Shown: positions 40,603-49,900 of the stretch, piece by piece | Layout of the letters: each line of letters starts with the position of its first letter | How positions within the stretch are numbered: the stretch's first letter is position 1 | NCBI GenBank assembly: GCA_019058365.1 | Contig: JAHPZE010000015.1 | Span: 33,873 to 97,872, forward strand | Direction of reading: 5' to 3' | Source: Promethearchaeota archaeon | GTDB lineage: Archaea; Asgardarchaeota; Lokiarchaeia; Sigyniarchaeales; SOKP01 | Length of the DNA: 64,000 nt | Notes under the pieces: model-generated | Database searches by the model: none | What the model saw: the letters and a program-made list of their open reading frames with translations, nothing else | Told to the model about the DNA's origin: nothing | Program-made: the position numbers and the translations under genes

Positions 40603-41481
40603 TTGATTAAAAAAAAGATTGTCTTTACCGGCCCACCAGATGTAGGAAAAACAACGATCAAAAAGGTATTTTTTGATCATACTAGTCCAGTTTCACTTTT
40701 AAAGAGCCCCTTACAACCTTCAAGGGGCATTAACTCAAGAGTGTATTCAACATTCAATTCTCATTTAGGAATTTTTGATTTAGCAGGCCAAGAGAACAAG
40801 AATTGGTTTTCTAATAAAAGTAAAGATGTATTTACTGAAAGTAATATCATAATTTGTGTTTTTGACATCAGAAATACATTGGAATCAATAATTCAATTCT
40901 TAATGGGGGTATACAAATTGAAAAAAGAACTACATCTACATTCGTGTGAGATCGTTGCATTTTTACACAAAATAGATCTGAGAAGTAATCCCTATGTTAA
41001 TCAAAAATTAAAAATCATTCAAGATTTTATAACAATTCAACATCCACATGGGAAGAATTTTAAAATATATAAGACATCACTTACAATTAATTATTTTTAT
41101 AACACTTATTATATAATTTCGGAAATTTTAGACTTAATTTACCAAAGAAATCTCAGTTCTGTTGATGATCAAGAATTTCAAAAATTGAAAAAAGAATTAT
41201 CTATTATCTTTAATTTGAAAATCAATCTTAGATATAATATAACGGATCTAGTTCATAAATTTAATTTCAATTCTGAAGATTTAAAAAATCATATAAAAAG
41301 ACTAGAAAAATTAGGATTTATTAAGATTTTTGATAAATACCAATTCTTTAAATTAACTGATAGCGCAAATTATTTTAAAGTTGGATTAGAAAAGGAATTT
41401 ACTATTATAGATGAAACACATTTCAATAAAAGAATTGAATTATTTCATATTTTCCTTTGTTTTAAGGAAAAAGAGGTATGA
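40603..41481 (+). CDS. Rag/Gtr-like GTPase with C-terminal winged-helix domain
   Basis: GPPDVGKTT, QPSRG, FDLAGQE and HKID; ITDLVHKF...LKNHIKRLEKLGFI...FKLT. Confidence 0.85.
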   Translation: MIKKKIVFTGPPDVGKTTIKKVFFDHTSPVSLLKSPLQPSRGINSRVYSTFNSHLGIFDLAGQENKNWFSNKSKDVFTESNIIICVFDIRNTLESIIQFLMGVYKLKKELHLHSCEIVAFLHKIDLRSNPYVNQKLKIIQDFITIQHPHGKNFKIYKTSLTINYFYNTYYIISEILDLIYQRNLSSVDDQEFQKLKKELSIIFNLKINLRYNITDLVHKFNFNSEDLKNHIKRLEKLGFIKIFDKYQFFKLTDSANYFKVGLEKEFTIIDETHFNKRIELFHIFLCFKEKEV

Positions 41482-41564
41482 ATTATTAGCTAACCACAGG
41501 ATTAATAATCTTCGAAAATATTGAATATAGATTTTAATAAAGAAATGTTTGTAATGATTATGAG

Positions 41565-44500
41565 ATGAGGCAAGAATTAAATTATAAGGTCCATGACGTA
41601 AGGGAAAGATTTAAAGATATATTTGATTATTCTTTAGATTTAATTTATGCTCATGATCTAAGGGGAAATTTTCTCGATGCTAATGATCTCGCTTTAGCTA
41701 CTCTTGGTTTTACGAGAGAAGAAATTCCAAATATTTCATTAAGTAAATTAATAGATAACAATCAATTAGAAAAAGTATTTAATGTTTTAAAAGAATTAAA
41801 AGAATTTGGGAGACAAAAAGAACCAAGTGAATATAAATTAAAGGATAGATATGGAAATACGATATATCTTGAAACGTATGGAATTCCATTAAAAACAAAT
41901 GGTCAAATTTTTGGTATATTAGGTATAGCGAAAGATATTACTACTAAAAAAAAAACAGAATTACAATTAAAACAAGCTAAACAAGATTTAGAACAAATAA
42001 ATCTTGAATTGGAGAATAAAGTAAGAAAAAAGACTCAAAAATTAGAAAAATCTGTACAAAATTTAAAATTTTCTGAGGAAAAATATCGTAATTTGATTGA
42101 AACGTCAACGATGGGCTTTTTAGAAATTAATTTAGAGAGCGGACAAGTAGAGTATATAAATCCTAAATTTTTGGAGATTATTGGTTATGAAAGACAAGAG
42201 CTAGAAAATGAAACATTTTTTTATAAGATTCTTTATCCAGAGGATTTTAGAGCCCTTACAAAAAGTCATGACAATCGAAAAACTGAATTTAGAATTATGT
42301 CTAAAGATAAAGAAATCAAATGGTTATCAGGAACAAGAACATTTCAATATGATTCAATAGGTCAACCGAAAAAATTAGAATTATGGGTCCAAGAAATAAC
42401 TGAAAATAAAATAATGGAGCAAAAATTACGTGATTCAGAACTAAATTTTAGAACCATTACTGAACAATCATTAATCGGAATACAGATCTTACAAGAGAAT
42501 AGGACGAAATATATTAATCAGCAGTGGTCGGAAATTAGCGGTTATTCTGTTGAAGAAATATTGAAATGGAATTTGGAGGAGCATCTTAAATTTATTCATC
42601 CTGATGATAGGGAATTAGTAAGACAACAATTAACAAAAAAGCAAAAAGGAGATCATGACGTTTTAAATCATTATCAAGTAAAATGTATTAAAAAATCTGG
42701 TGAAACTATTTGGGTAGAGATCTTTGCTACATCGATTACATACAATGGAAAATTTGCGGATCTAGCCATGATAATTGATATTACCGAAGCTAAACTTACA
42801 CAGCAAAAATTGAAAGAATCTGAAGAAAAGTTTAAGGTAATTGCTGAACAATCACCGATGGAATTAATTATTATTCAGGATAATAAAGTTAAATATGCTA
42901 ATCCACAATCAGCTAATATAACTGGCATTCCTGTTAGTGAAATATCTAAATGGAATATTAAAAGAATTTTTGAAAATATTCATCCTGATGACTTAAATCT
43001 ATTTAGAGAAAATGTTAGAAAGACTCTTAATAATTCTCCTGATGCTTTGAAACATCTTGAATATCGTGTAATTAATGATACAGGAGAAATATTATGGGTT
43101 GCTAGCCATGGCATGCAAATCCATTTTGAGGGAAAACCAGCACATGTAATTGCATCTATAGATATTACTAACCGTAAAACTCTCGAACACCAATTAAAAG
43201 AGTCTGAAGAAAAATATCGTCTTATCATAGAGTCAATATCAGACCCACTCCATGTGGTTAATACTGATTTAAAGATTATTTATCTAAATCCTGCATTTAC
43301 TAATTGGTTAAAAGCCTTAGGACTAAATCATGAAGTTATTGGAAAAAATCCTACTGAAGCTTTTCCATTCATCGAAAAGAATGTGATTAAGGAATATCAA
43401 GAAATTTTTAAATCAAAAAAAGAACTTTTTCTTGAAAGCTATAGCGTATTGAATAATAAACGGATATTCACAGAAACCAAGAAAATTCCCGTTCTAAACG
43501 AGGGGAAAGTTATTCAGATAATCACAATTGTAAGGGACGTGTCGGAACGTAAAGAAATCGATTTAAAATTAAGAGAATCAGAAGAAAAATATAGAAGTAT
43601 TCTCGAAAACATTAATGAAGGATATTTTGAGGTTGATCTTAAAGGTAATTTCACGTTTTTTAATAATGCATTGTGTTTAAATACAGGTTATTCAAGAGAA
43701 GAATTATTAAATAAGAGTTATAGCAAATTATTTGATGATAAAAGAGCAAAAGAAGTTTATCGTATGTACCATGAATTATACCAAAGAGGAAAAGGTTCTA
43801 TCTTATTTGATTATCAAGTAATAAGAAAAGATGGAAGTAAGTTCTATCACGAATCCTCTACTTATTTGAGAAATGACTCTAATGGAAACATTATTGGTTT
43901 TAAAGGTTTTATTAGGGATATTAGTGAAAAAAAGAAAATAGATAATTTAAAAGAGAGGTTTAGTCAAGAATTAGAAAAAGAAGTGGAATTAAAAACCAAA
44001 GAATTAAAAGTTGCCTTTAATCAACAAAGATTATATTTAGACAAAATCTTAAAAGCTTCCCACTTTCAAACAGAATTTATGGCCAGAATTTCTCATGAAT
44101 TAAGAACCCCCTTAAATGCTATAATTGGATTTACTGATTTACTTCTTGAGGGAGTTTATGGTCAATTAAATGCAGAACAATTAGAATTTGTTAAAGATAT
44201 TGAAGAATCATCAAAAGATTTACTGGATATGATATCAAATATCCTAGATATATCTAAAATTGAATCCGGTCAAGTCATCCTAAAAATTGAAAAAACAGAA
44301 ATATATGATATTATACAACAGGTGATTTCAGCTTTAAATCCATTATATAATGAAAAAGATTTAAAATTTAAATTAAAAGGTTTAAATAAAAATCAAGTAA
44401 TAATTATTGACCGAATTAAATTCAAGCAAATCATTTTTAATCTATTAAGTAATGCTATAAAATTTACTGAAAAAGGAACTATCTTAGTTGAATTTCTAGA

Positions 44501-44792
44501 TAAAAAGGATAATTGGGAGTTTAATGTAAAAGATACGGGTGTAGGGATAGCAAAGAAAGATTTTAATATAATATTTAAAGAATTTAAAAGAGTGAGAACA
44601 ACTTATGTTAATTCGAAACCAGGTTCAGGTTTAGGATTAGCCTTAACCAAGAGATTAGTTAATCTCCATGGAGGAAATATTAGTTTTATTAGTGAGTTAG
44701 GAAAGGGATCGACGTTTACTTTTTTCATTCCTAAGAATCCAGAAACTCTTAGTAACACTATCAATGTAAGTGAATTCTTAGATCTTTTATGA
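41565..44792 (+). CDS. multi-PAS sensor histidine kinase
   Basis: About 6 PAS domains; ISHELRTPL, NLLSNAIKF, DTGVG and GSGLGL. Confidence 0.95.
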   Translation: MRQELNYKVHDVRERFKDIFDYSLDLIYAHDLRGNFLDANDLALATLGFTREEIPNISLSKLIDNNQLEKVFNVLKELKEFGRQKEPSEYKLKDRYGNTIYLETYGIPLKTNGQIFGILGIAKDITTKKKTELQLKQAKQDLEQINLELENKVRKKTQKLEKSVQNLKFSEEKYRNLIETSTMGFLEINLESGQVEYINPKFLEIIGYERQELENETFFYKILYPEDFRALTKSHDNRKTEFRIMSKDKEIKWLSGTRTFQYDSIGQPKKLELWVQEITENKIMEQKLRDSELNFRTITEQSLIGIQILQENRTKYINQQWSEISGYSVEEILKWNLEEHLKFIHPDDRELVRQQLTKKQKGDHDVLNHYQVKCIKKSGETIWVEIFATSITYNGKFADLAMIIDITEAKLTQQKLKESEEKFKVIAEQSPMELIIIQDNKVKYANPQSANITGIPVSEISKWNIKRIFENIHPDDLNLFRENVRKTLNNSPDALKHLEYRVINDTGEILWVASHGMQIHFEGKPAHVIASIDITNRKTLEHQLKESEEKYRLIIESISDPLHVVNTDLKIIYLNPAFTNWLKALGLNHEVIGKNPTEAFPFIEKNVIKEYQEIFKSKKELFLESYSVLNNKRIFTETKKIPVLNEGKVIQIITIVRDVSERKEIDLKLRESEEKYRSILENINEGYFEVDLKGNFTFFNNALCLNTGYSREELLNKSYSKLFDDKRAKEVYRMYHELYQRGKGSILFDYQVIRKDGSKFYHESSTYLRNDSNGNIIGFKGFIRDISEKKKIDNLKERFSQELEKEVELKTKELKVAFNQQRLYLDKILKASHFQTEFMARISHELRTPLNAIIGFTDLLLEGVYGQLNAEQLEFVKDIEESSKDLLDMISNILDISKIESGQVILKIEKTEIYDIIQQVISALNPLYNEKDLKFKLKGLNKNQVIIIDRIKFKQIIFNLLSNAIKFTEKGTILVEFLDKKDNWEFNVKDTGVGIAKKDFNIIFKEFKRVRTTYVNSKPGSGLGLALTKRLVNLHGGNISFISELGKGSTFTFFIPKNPETLSNTINVSEFLDLL
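42078..43225. repeat. inverted repeat copy B (three-PAS block)
   Basis: Reverse complement of 28604-29751. Confidence 0.92.
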
Positions 44793-44826
44793 TATAATTT
44801 AAAAATTAAATAGGAAAAACAAAAGT

Positions 44827-46962
44827 ATGCTTTTGGATGAAAAGAGACCATTGGAAAAAAAAATTGATTATTTTAAAGAAGTTGAAAATATAAAAAAAAA
44901 ATGGACACACTTAGAGATTTTATCCTCAAATATTTCTTCTCGTTTTCTGGGGGATATTAGTATTAACGATGCTATAAATGCAACACTTCGTGATATGGGA
45001 ATTTTGAGTGGTGCTAGTCGTGTATTTTTGTGTATTTTTAGAGAGGATAAAATTAATTTAAATCATACCTATGAGTGGTGCGCAGAAGGGATAAATAAGT
45101 TGTTCCAATACTTTCAAAATTCATGGATCATTAATTTTCCATGGTGGAATGAGCAGCTTAAAAAGGGAAATATTATAAATATTAGTGATATTAATGATTT
45201 GCCAAAGGAAGCACAAAATACTAAAACATTGTTAAAAGTTAATCAAATTAAGTCTTTATTAATATTTCCATTGTTTAATAAATCAGAATTATCCGGATTT
45301 ATAGGATATGCTAATGATATAATAGAAAAAGAGTGGAAGGAAAATGATTTATCACCTTTACGTTTATCTTCGCAGATAATTGGAAACGCTTTAGAAAAAC
45401 ATAAAATAGAAATTCTTTTAAAAAATTCTGAAGAAAAATACCGTCTTATTATTGAAAATATTAACGATCTTATAGTTATAATTGACAGGAATTTCAAATT
45501 TGAATATATAAATCAAGAAACTGTTTTCAGATTATTAGGGTATCGAAAGGATGAGATTATTGGAAAATCTGCTTTGGATTTTATTCATCCAGATGATGTA
45601 GAACAAGCTATTTATACATTTAAAAAAGGATTCCAACTAGGAGAATCTATTATAGAATTACGCTTTAAACATAAGGATGAGAATTGGCTTTTGTTTGAAT
45701 GTAGTGGTCATACTTTTATTGATAGAGATGGAGAATTAAAAGGAATAATCATTTCAAGAGATATTACAGAGCGAAAATCTGCTGAAGAAAGGTATAAAGC
45801 TCTATTTGATAATTCTCCAAATGCGATACTCATCGTTGATTTTAATGGATTTATTGTAGATGCCAATCCTACAATAGAAGTTTTATTTGGTCTAACTAGG
45901 AATAATATAGTTGGAAAATCCATTGAGGAATATAATGAAATTTTTCATTCAGAAGTTAAAAAATATTTTAAACGAATTTTCAAAGCCTCGTTCTTAAAAG
46001 ATTTTCCTGGACCTATTGAGGTTGAAGTTAAGAATTCACATGGGGAAAATTTATGGGTTAAAACTCAAGCGTCGATTATAAAACAGGATAATAAAACTCT
46101 AATTCAATTAATTTTTGAAGATATCACTGAGAAAAAGAAGATGGAAATTTTGGAAAATAAATTTAAAGATGAACTGGAAAATGAAGTTCAAATGAGAACT
46201 AAAGAGTTAAATGATGCGCTCACACAGCAAAAATTATTTGTAGATCAAATCGTAAAATCATCTCAATTTAAAACAGAATTTATGGCTACTATGTCACATG
46301 AGCTGAGAACTCCACTAAATGCTATCATTGGATTTGCAGATTTACTTCTGGAAAATGTATATGGTCAATTAACTGAAGATCAAAGAGAATTCATATCTGA
46401 TATTAAAAGTTCCGCGGAACATCAATTTGATATGATTAAGCATATTTTAGATATATCCAAAATTGAATCTGGACAAATTTCATTAAATATTCAAAAATTT
46501 TCACTAAATAATATGGTTGAACAAATAAAATCCAGCTTAAAACCATTGATTAATAAGAAAGAAATTAAGGTTAAAATAAAGGGCTTAGAAGAAGAAAAAT
46601 TTATTTTTGCAGATCCAATTAGGTTTAAAGAAATTTTATTAAACCTTTTAAGTAACGCTATTAAATTTACAATTGAAGGAAAAATAACTTTAACTGTTAA
46701 AGAAGAGTATAATTATTGGCTTTTTAAAATAAATGATACAGGAATTGGAATTGCACGTAAGGATTTCCCTTTAATATTTAAGGAATTCAAAAGAGTAGAT
46801 TCTACTTATGTTCGATCTGTTCCCGGAACGGGACTTGGTTTGTCATTAACAAAAAGATTAATAGAGTTACATGGAGGAGATATTAGTTTTACAAGTATAT
46901 TGGGAGCGGGATCTACTTTTACCTATTCAATCTCAAAAAAATTAGAAGAAAAAAAGTGGTGA
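44827..46962 (+). CDS. GAF-PAS-PAS sensor histidine kinase
   Basis: GAF (GASRVFL, YEWCAEG, SLLIFPL); MSHELRTPL, NLLSNAIKF and GTGLGL. Confidence 0.95.
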   Translation: MLLDEKRPLEKKIDYFKEVENIKKKWTHLEILSSNISSRFLGDISINDAINATLRDMGILSGASRVFLCIFREDKINLNHTYEWCAEGINKLFQYFQNSWIINFPWWNEQLKKGNIINISDINDLPKEAQNTKTLLKVNQIKSLLIFPLFNKSELSGFIGYANDIIEKEWKENDLSPLRLSSQIIGNALEKHKIEILLKNSEEKYRLIIENINDLIVIIDRNFKFEYINQETVFRLLGYRKDEIIGKSALDFIHPDDVEQAIYTFKKGFQLGESIIELRFKHKDENWLLFECSGHTFIDRDGELKGIIISRDITERKSAEERYKALFDNSPNAILIVDFNGFIVDANPTIEVLFGLTRNNIVGKSIEEYNEIFHSEVKKYFKRIFKASFLKDFPGPIEVEVKNSHGENLWVKTQASIIKQDNKTLIQLIFEDITEKKKMEILENKFKDELENEVQMRTKELNDALTQQKLFVDQIVKSSQFKTEFMATMSHELRTPLNAIIGFADLLLENVYGQLTEDQREFISDIKSSAEHQFDMIKHILDISKIESGQISLNIQKFSLNNMVEQIKSSLKPLINKKEIKVKIKGLEEEKFIFADPIRFKEILLNLLSNAIKFTIEGKITLTVKEEYNYWLFKINDTGIGIARKDFPLIFKEFKRVDSTYVRSVPGTGLGLSLTKRLIELHGGDISFTSILGAGSTFTYSISKKLEEKKW

Positions 46963-46972
46963 TTAAATTCTT

Positions 46973-48286
46973 ATGGTTAAGGGTATAGTTTTTTTCAGTT
47001 GGGATATAAGGATGGGTGCTACACTTGAGTTGCAGTACCCTTTAGATTTGAATTTGACTGATGATTTAATAAATAAAATATACATGACTCATTCATATGA
47101 AGAGGAATATAAGAAGGATGAGATAATTGAAATTTCCTATAATCATCAACTTATTTTGAGTTTTTGTGATAAAGCTAAAGTTAATGAAGTCGGCTATGAA
47201 ATTGTTATTATTATTCTTGATGAAAAGGAAAAGATCGATTTATATAAATTAAAATCTCAATTTATTGAATTTTCTAGAGCGCTTTTACAAAAGGCAAAGA
47301 GTGAGAGAAAAAAATATTTTATTGAGAAAATTAATATTTTTTTAGGGGAATCTTCATCAAAGAAGTTATTAGTAATTGGCAGAGCGGGTACAGGAAAAAC
47401 AACTGTTAAAAAGATTGTGTTTGAAGGAAATGATCCAAATGATTTATTATCTAATCCATTAGAACCTACACGTGGAATATTACCATCTGTTTATTCGTGG
47501 TTAGATTTAGAATTAGGATTATTCGACTCTTCTGGGCAAGAATTAAGTGATCTATTGGAAAGTAAAGTGGATAATGACCAAATTTTAGCTTTTGAAAACA
47601 CCGATATTATTATATACCTATTTGATTATCCAACGTGGGTTTCCAACTCCCAACTAATTATGGATGATATTCAAAAGGTTTTAGCTATTATAAAAGAAAA
47701 ATCCTATACTGCTAAGCTAATTGTTTTCTTTCATAAAATAGATTTGATAAAAATAGAGTCTAGAAGGGAGATTTTAGAGGAAATAACAAATACAATAAAG
47801 AAGAAATCTGATGTCCCTATCTATTATACAAGCATTTATCCAAATTTAATTTACAGCCTATACAACGCATTTTATGAATTATTAAGTAGTTTTTCGAAAG
47901 AAACCGTTTATTTAAAAAATATTTTAGATAATAGTATTAGAGACTTTTCTAAAACTATGTTTTTTATTACTAACTTAAATGATAGTATAATAGTACAATC
48001 GATGTCCAAAGATTTCAATACCGTGATGATTAATCATTCGCACAAGCTTATAACACAGTTAAATAAGACATTTGAAAATATGGTTAACAACGATAGAATT
48101 GAGCATTTAATACTTTCAAGTTTTAACTTTAATATAATTATGAATAGTCTGAATTATCAAAAATTTGGTCTTAAAAATTTAATTTGCCTTTCTGAGACTC
48201 TTAGTGCAAATAAATTAATTTGGACAATTGGGCAAATTAGATTACACCTAAAAAATGTATATTATTTGAATAAAAATGTGGTTTAA
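46973..48286 (+). CDS. uDENN/longin - Rag-like GTPase - roadblock-like fusion
   Basis: N-terminal KGIVFFSWDIRMGATLELQYP; GRAGTGKTT, EPTRG, FDSSGQE, HKID and TSIY; C-terminal MFFITN...IIVQS. Confidence 0.85.
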   Translation: MVKGIVFFSWDIRMGATLELQYPLDLNLTDDLINKIYMTHSYEEEYKKDEIIEISYNHQLILSFCDKAKVNEVGYEIVIIILDEKEKIDLYKLKSQFIEFSRALLQKAKSERKKYFIEKINIFLGESSSKKLLVIGRAGTGKTTVKKIVFEGNDPNDLLSNPLEPTRGILPSVYSWLDLELGLFDSSGQELSDLLESKVDNDQILAFENTDIIIYLFDYPTWVSNSQLIMDDIQKVLAIIKEKSYTAKLIVFFHKIDLIKIESRREILEEITNTIKKKSDVPIYYTSIYPNLIYSLYNAFYELLSSFSKETVYLKNILDNSIRDFSKTMFFITNLNDSIIVQSMSKDFNTVMINHSHKLITQLNKTFENMVNNDRIEHLILSSFNFNIIMNSLNYQKFGLKNLICLSETLSANKLIWTIGQIRLHLKNVYYLNKNVV

Positions 48287-48291
48287 TTAAA

Positions 48292-49815
48292 GTGAGTGAA
48301 AAAATAATTTTTGTTGGACCTCCGGGTGCTGGAAAAACTACACTCCGTAAAGTTTTTTTTGAAGGTGAAAGTTCAACCAAGTTATTAGAGTATACATTAG
48401 AACCTACTTACGGTGAAGAATCATTAATAATGAAATTGCCTGATTTAAATAAAGACGTCGGTATATTTGATCTCGCAGGACAAGAAAATGAACGATGGCT
48501 TGATACAGATGAAAAAAGAATTTTCATTGGGACTAAACTGATTTTAGTGGTAATAGATACTATATCTGGTCATGATGAAATATTTCAATTTATAAGAAAA
48601 ATAATTGATTTAAGGAATACCATAACACCATCAACTTACATTTTTGTATTATTACATAAAATAGATTTAGTGAGTGAAAAAAAAGTTAGGGAAATTAAAA
48701 CATTAATTAAAAATAAGTTCTCAAATGAAACATCAATAAATTTTTTCTTTACTAGTTTAAAGAGGGAATATTTTACTAAAACATTTTCATATTTCATCGA
48801 CATTATGAAAGTATGTCTTCAAGAAATTATACCTGATGAAGGTTTATTATTAAATATGGTTGAAGAATCGCTTAAGATTATACATCAAATTGATAAAGAA
48901 ATGGTTATAACTAAAGATATTCTCTATGAAAAATTAAATCGTCCAGAAAAATTAGTGTCTTATTTAATCGAGGGTTTAGTTAATAAAGGACATATTGAGA
49001 TAAAGCATATAGAGAATAAAGATCTTCTTAGTTTAACAAATAAAGGTAAGGTATACTATCAAAAAATTTTAAAAGATTTCTCTTATAGTCGTTTAGAAGA
49101 ACCGGAAAGAGAAATAGAAATTGAAGAACAGATTCCTTCAATTATAGGAACTATAATAGCGGATAAAGATGGAAGATCTCTATTAAAATTTGAATTATTT
49201 GATAACGCTCTTAAAAGTTTTATTTCTCACAATATCCCAAATGATGATACGGTTATTCCATTTGATATTGAATTAATCCCAATGTTTATCAGCGCAATGG
49301 AAAAATTCTCTTTAGAATTAAACATTCAAAACTTAACAGGTTTTGGATTAAAAGGAAGTAATTTAAAAATGCATGTTTTTGGATATGAGGGTTATACTGT
49401 AACTATTTTTATGAACCCTAATATCAATTTAAAAGCTATAGAGAATAAAATTAATAATTTTTTTAAGAATTTATTTGAAGAAAATAGAGATAAATTTGAA
49501 GTGGGAATTAACACAGGCAAAATTAACGATCTCTTTCCTTTAATGGAAACAGGAAGAAATTGGTTAATAGAATTAAATAAGTCATATCAAAAAATGATTA
49601 TTAACTCAGAGATTATGGATAAGGAAAATGCAAAAGTTCTTTATAATAAAATCGATGAACTTTATAATGAAATTAATCAAGAATTTTCTATAACTCTTGA
49701 AAAAGTTAAAAAATTAAAGATTAATATAATGCAATCAATAATTGAGAATGATTTTGAGGAATTAAAAAAATTAGCTAAGTCTGCTCAAGATTTAAAAACT
49801 AGATTTGCTTTATGA
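48292..49815 (+). CDS. Rag-like GTPase - wHTH - longin/roadblock-like - coiled-coil fusion
   Basis: GPPGAGKTT, EPTYG, FDLAGQE and HKID; LIEGLVNKGHI...LSLTNKG (wHTH); IIGTIIADKDGRSL...LIPMFISAMEKFS. Confidence 0.85.
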   Translation: MSEKIIFVGPPGAGKTTLRKVFFEGESSTKLLEYTLEPTYGEESLIMKLPDLNKDVGIFDLAGQENERWLDTDEKRIFIGTKLILVVIDTISGHDEIFQFIRKIIDLRNTITPSTYIFVLLHKIDLVSEKKVREIKTLIKNKFSNETSINFFFTSLKREYFTKTFSYFIDIMKVCLQEIIPDEGLLLNMVEESLKIIHQIDKEMVITKDILYEKLNRPEKLVSYLIEGLVNKGHIEIKHIENKDLLSLTNKGKVYYQKILKDFSYSRLEEPEREIEIEEQIPSIIGTIIADKDGRSLLKFELFDNALKSFISHNIPNDDTVIPFDIELIPMFISAMEKFSLELNIQNLTGFGLKGSNLKMHVFGYEGYTVTIFMNPNINLKAIENKINNFFKNLFEENRDKFEVGINTGKINDLFPLMETGRNWLIELNKSYQKMIINSEIMDKENAKVLYNKIDELYNEINQEFSITLEKVKKLKINIMQSIIENDFEELKKLAKSAQDLKTRFAL

Positions 49816-49900
49816 TGTAGATTAACGATTTTGTTTAATAGTATGATATTTCTAAAAATTAAATATAAAAAAATAGGAAATGAAGATGTATATATAGAAA

